Positions 61,773 through 64,000 of a stretch of DNA of 64,000 bases are shown one piece after another. Each line of letters starts with the position of its first letter. Position 1 is the stretch's first letter. The notes under the pieces were generated by a model. It did no database searches, had not been told where the DNA came from, and saw only the letters and a program-made list of their open reading frames with translations. A program made the translations under genes and the position numbers. Source of the DNA: Phyllosticta citribraziliensis (Eukaryota); contig NW_027117347.1 in assembly GCF_038025025.1 (NCBI RefSeq), positions 868,001 to 932,000 of the forward strand, read 5' to 3'.

Positions 61773-64000
61773 ATGGGTTCGCGCCTCGAAAGCAACTCGA
61801 ATGCTGTGCGCAAGCGCATCGAGCGACGTACGTGCCCTGTCGCAAACGCTCAAAACCTCCTTCTGACATGGCGTCATTGCAGATACCTTCGACAACGAGG
61901 AAGGCGACGAGTATGACGCTTCTAAGTTCGGTGGCTTCGGCGACTATTTCCGGCGCAAAAAGATCAAGCTCCAAAACCTCGATGTTGAGCTGCGCGCACA
62001 GTCGAGCGACAATCCGCCCATATTCCGCGGCGTTGTAGCGCATGTCAACGGATACACTCAGCCGTCCCTCAACGATTTGCACAAGCTTATAGTAACCCAC
62101 GGCGGAGGATTCATGCAATACCTAGACGGGAAGACGACTGTCACTCACATCATCGCGAGTAGCTTGACTCCGAAAAAGGCCGTAGAGTTCCGCAGATACC
62201 GCATCGTGAAGCCAGCATGGGTGGTCGACAGTGTGCAAGCTGGAAAGCTTTTGCCTTGGGATAATTACCGAGTCGTTGACGAAGGTGCAGGACAAAAGAT
62301 CCTCGGCTTTGAAAATGGAAAGGTCGTCAACCAGGCCAACACGAGACAAAGAGGCTACCGGGACCAAACAGATGCCAGCTGGTACACCAGCCAACTCAGA
62401 CAGGAGGAGAGCACACCCAAGAGTTCCTATCGCCCACTATTCTTATCACAAACCTTCCCGTCACCATCAGTACATGATGAAATTGATGATCTACCCCCTT
62501 CCCATCAGCCGCAAGCTGAATTCAACGAAGCCAGGTTGGAGCAGGATGACGACGTGTGGCCAGCTGAGCAGTCACTCGTCACTCCGCCGAAAAGCGAGCC
62601 TGTCCAGCCCGAACAGTCTACCGAGCCTCGGGGCGTCAAAAGGACGAGCGATGAGCAAGAAGACTCGCCATCCAAACGCAAAAAGATGACAGCTGAGGAG
62701 CACAATGCCATCTTGCTGTCGGATCCTAAAATGTGGAAGTCGACAGTCGTCAATCCCGAGTTCCTGGAACAGTACTACAGGGAGTCTCGTCTCCATCATC
62801 TTTCGACGTGGAAAGCGGACCTCAAGTCGCAACTCCAGGCCATGGCGGCGGAAAAGTCTTCGTCGCAAAAAGCAAAACAAAAACGAGTTCCTGGAAGCCG
62901 GAGATATATCCTTCATGTAGATTTTGACAGCTTCTTCGCAGCTGTTTCGCTCAAAAAATGCCCCCAATACAAGGAACTACCGGCCGTCGTCGCTCATGGT
63001 GGCGGCAGTGGCTCTGAGATTGCCAGCTGCAATTATCCTGCCCGCAAATATGGCATCAAAAATGGCATGTGGATGAAGCGAGCACAGGATCTTTGTCCAG
63101 ATCTCAAGGTTTTGCCATATGACTTTCCGGCCTACGAAGAAGCAAGCCGAGCCTTTTACGAAGCCATTCTCGCTACTGGGGGCGTCGTTCAAAGTGTTAG
63201 CATCGACGAAGCACTCGTGGATGTTTCCATTCAGTGCATTGCCCTCGGCGGCTCGGATGGCAAAAAGATGACCGAGAGCAGCATTTACCGCGAACAGAAA
63301 GAGGCAGACAAAATTGCTCAATCTTTGAGAGATGAAGTCAAAGCCAAGACTGGTTGCGCTGTCTCTGTGGGAATTGGGTCCAACATCCTTTGCGCCAAGC
63401 TCGCTCTGCGCAAGGCAAAGCCCGCTGGTCAGCACCAGATCAAGCCTGAGGATATCCAAGAGTTTATCGGGGAACTCGAAGTCACCAACCTGCCAGGTGT
63501 CGCCTACAGCATCGGTGCGAAGCTTGAAGAAATAGGCATCAAATATGTAAAGGACATTCGCTCTATCACCAGAGAGCGTTTGACAACCGCGCTGGGCCCA
63601 AAGACTGGAGAGAAGATCTGGGACTACTCCCGGGGAATCGATCGAACAGAAGTTGGAGACCAAGTGATTCGAAAATCCGTTTCAGCAGAGGTCAATTGGG
63701 GAGTCAGGTTCGCAAATCATGAGCAAGCTGATGATTTCATCCACAACCTGTCTGGCGAGCTGCATCGACGCCTTGCAAAGGAAAACGTCAAAGGGCGTCA
63801 GCTCACGATGAAGATCATGAAGCGATCTCCCGATGCTCCCATGGATCCCCCGAAGCATCTCGGTCATGGTAAGTGCGATACTTTCAACAAGAGTGTGGCC
63901 CTTGGGGTGGCGACATGCGCAAAGGAAGTCATTTCGAAAGAAGCTCTGTCCATTTTGAAAAGCTACGGATTCTCACCAGGCGAGCTGCGAGGCATCGGCC
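61773..64000 (+). CDS. rev1: Translesion deoxycytidyl transferase Rev1 (3' end beyond window)
   Basis: Exon 61773-61827, then 61883 onward open to the window end. FGGFGDYFRRKKIKLQN, BRCT IFRGVVAHVNGYTQP, SRLHHLSTWK, HVDFDSFF, IASCNYPAR, SIDEA, LPGV, RKSVSAEVNWG. Confidence 0.95.

Overview
Intron-containing, GC-rich fungal genomic DNA from a filamentous ascomycete. Dothideomycete-like is my inference from protein similarity and the microsatellite-rich intergenic DNA. I reconstructed 21 protein-coding gene models by hand from GT-AG introns with CTRAY branch points. In order: secreted tyrosinase, Ssr4, RBM42-like RRM protein, Gnd1, Lsm12, mitochondrial 1-Cys peroxiredoxin, Rpb5, Ppm1, a stand-alone BRCT protein, Sec18/NSF, Kxd1, an uncharacterised MGFSSFG/EDPW protein, a FUSC/Bre4-like transporter, Nsa2, Ras2, a PTS1-bearing propionyl-CoA synthetase, a WSC protein, an NDR-type kinase, a Yippee protein, nucleolar FKBP, and Rev1 (truncated by the window end). 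It is mostly core genome; I found no transposon, tRNA, rRNA, CRISPR or biosynthetic cluster. The most interesting signals are: (1) a hairpin-linked pair of in-frame 3' splice sites plus a 7-nt micro-exon in gnd1; (2) an orphan protein with a TTDN1/MPLKIP-like C-terminal motif and an snRNP27-like MGFxxF motif; (3) a Sec18 with substitutions and indels in normally conserved D1 segments; (4) a stand-alone Rev1-type BRCT gene with MCB-like sites; (5) long gene-free tracts with telomere-template-like 10-mers (speculative). All family assignments come from recalled motifs, not database searches.
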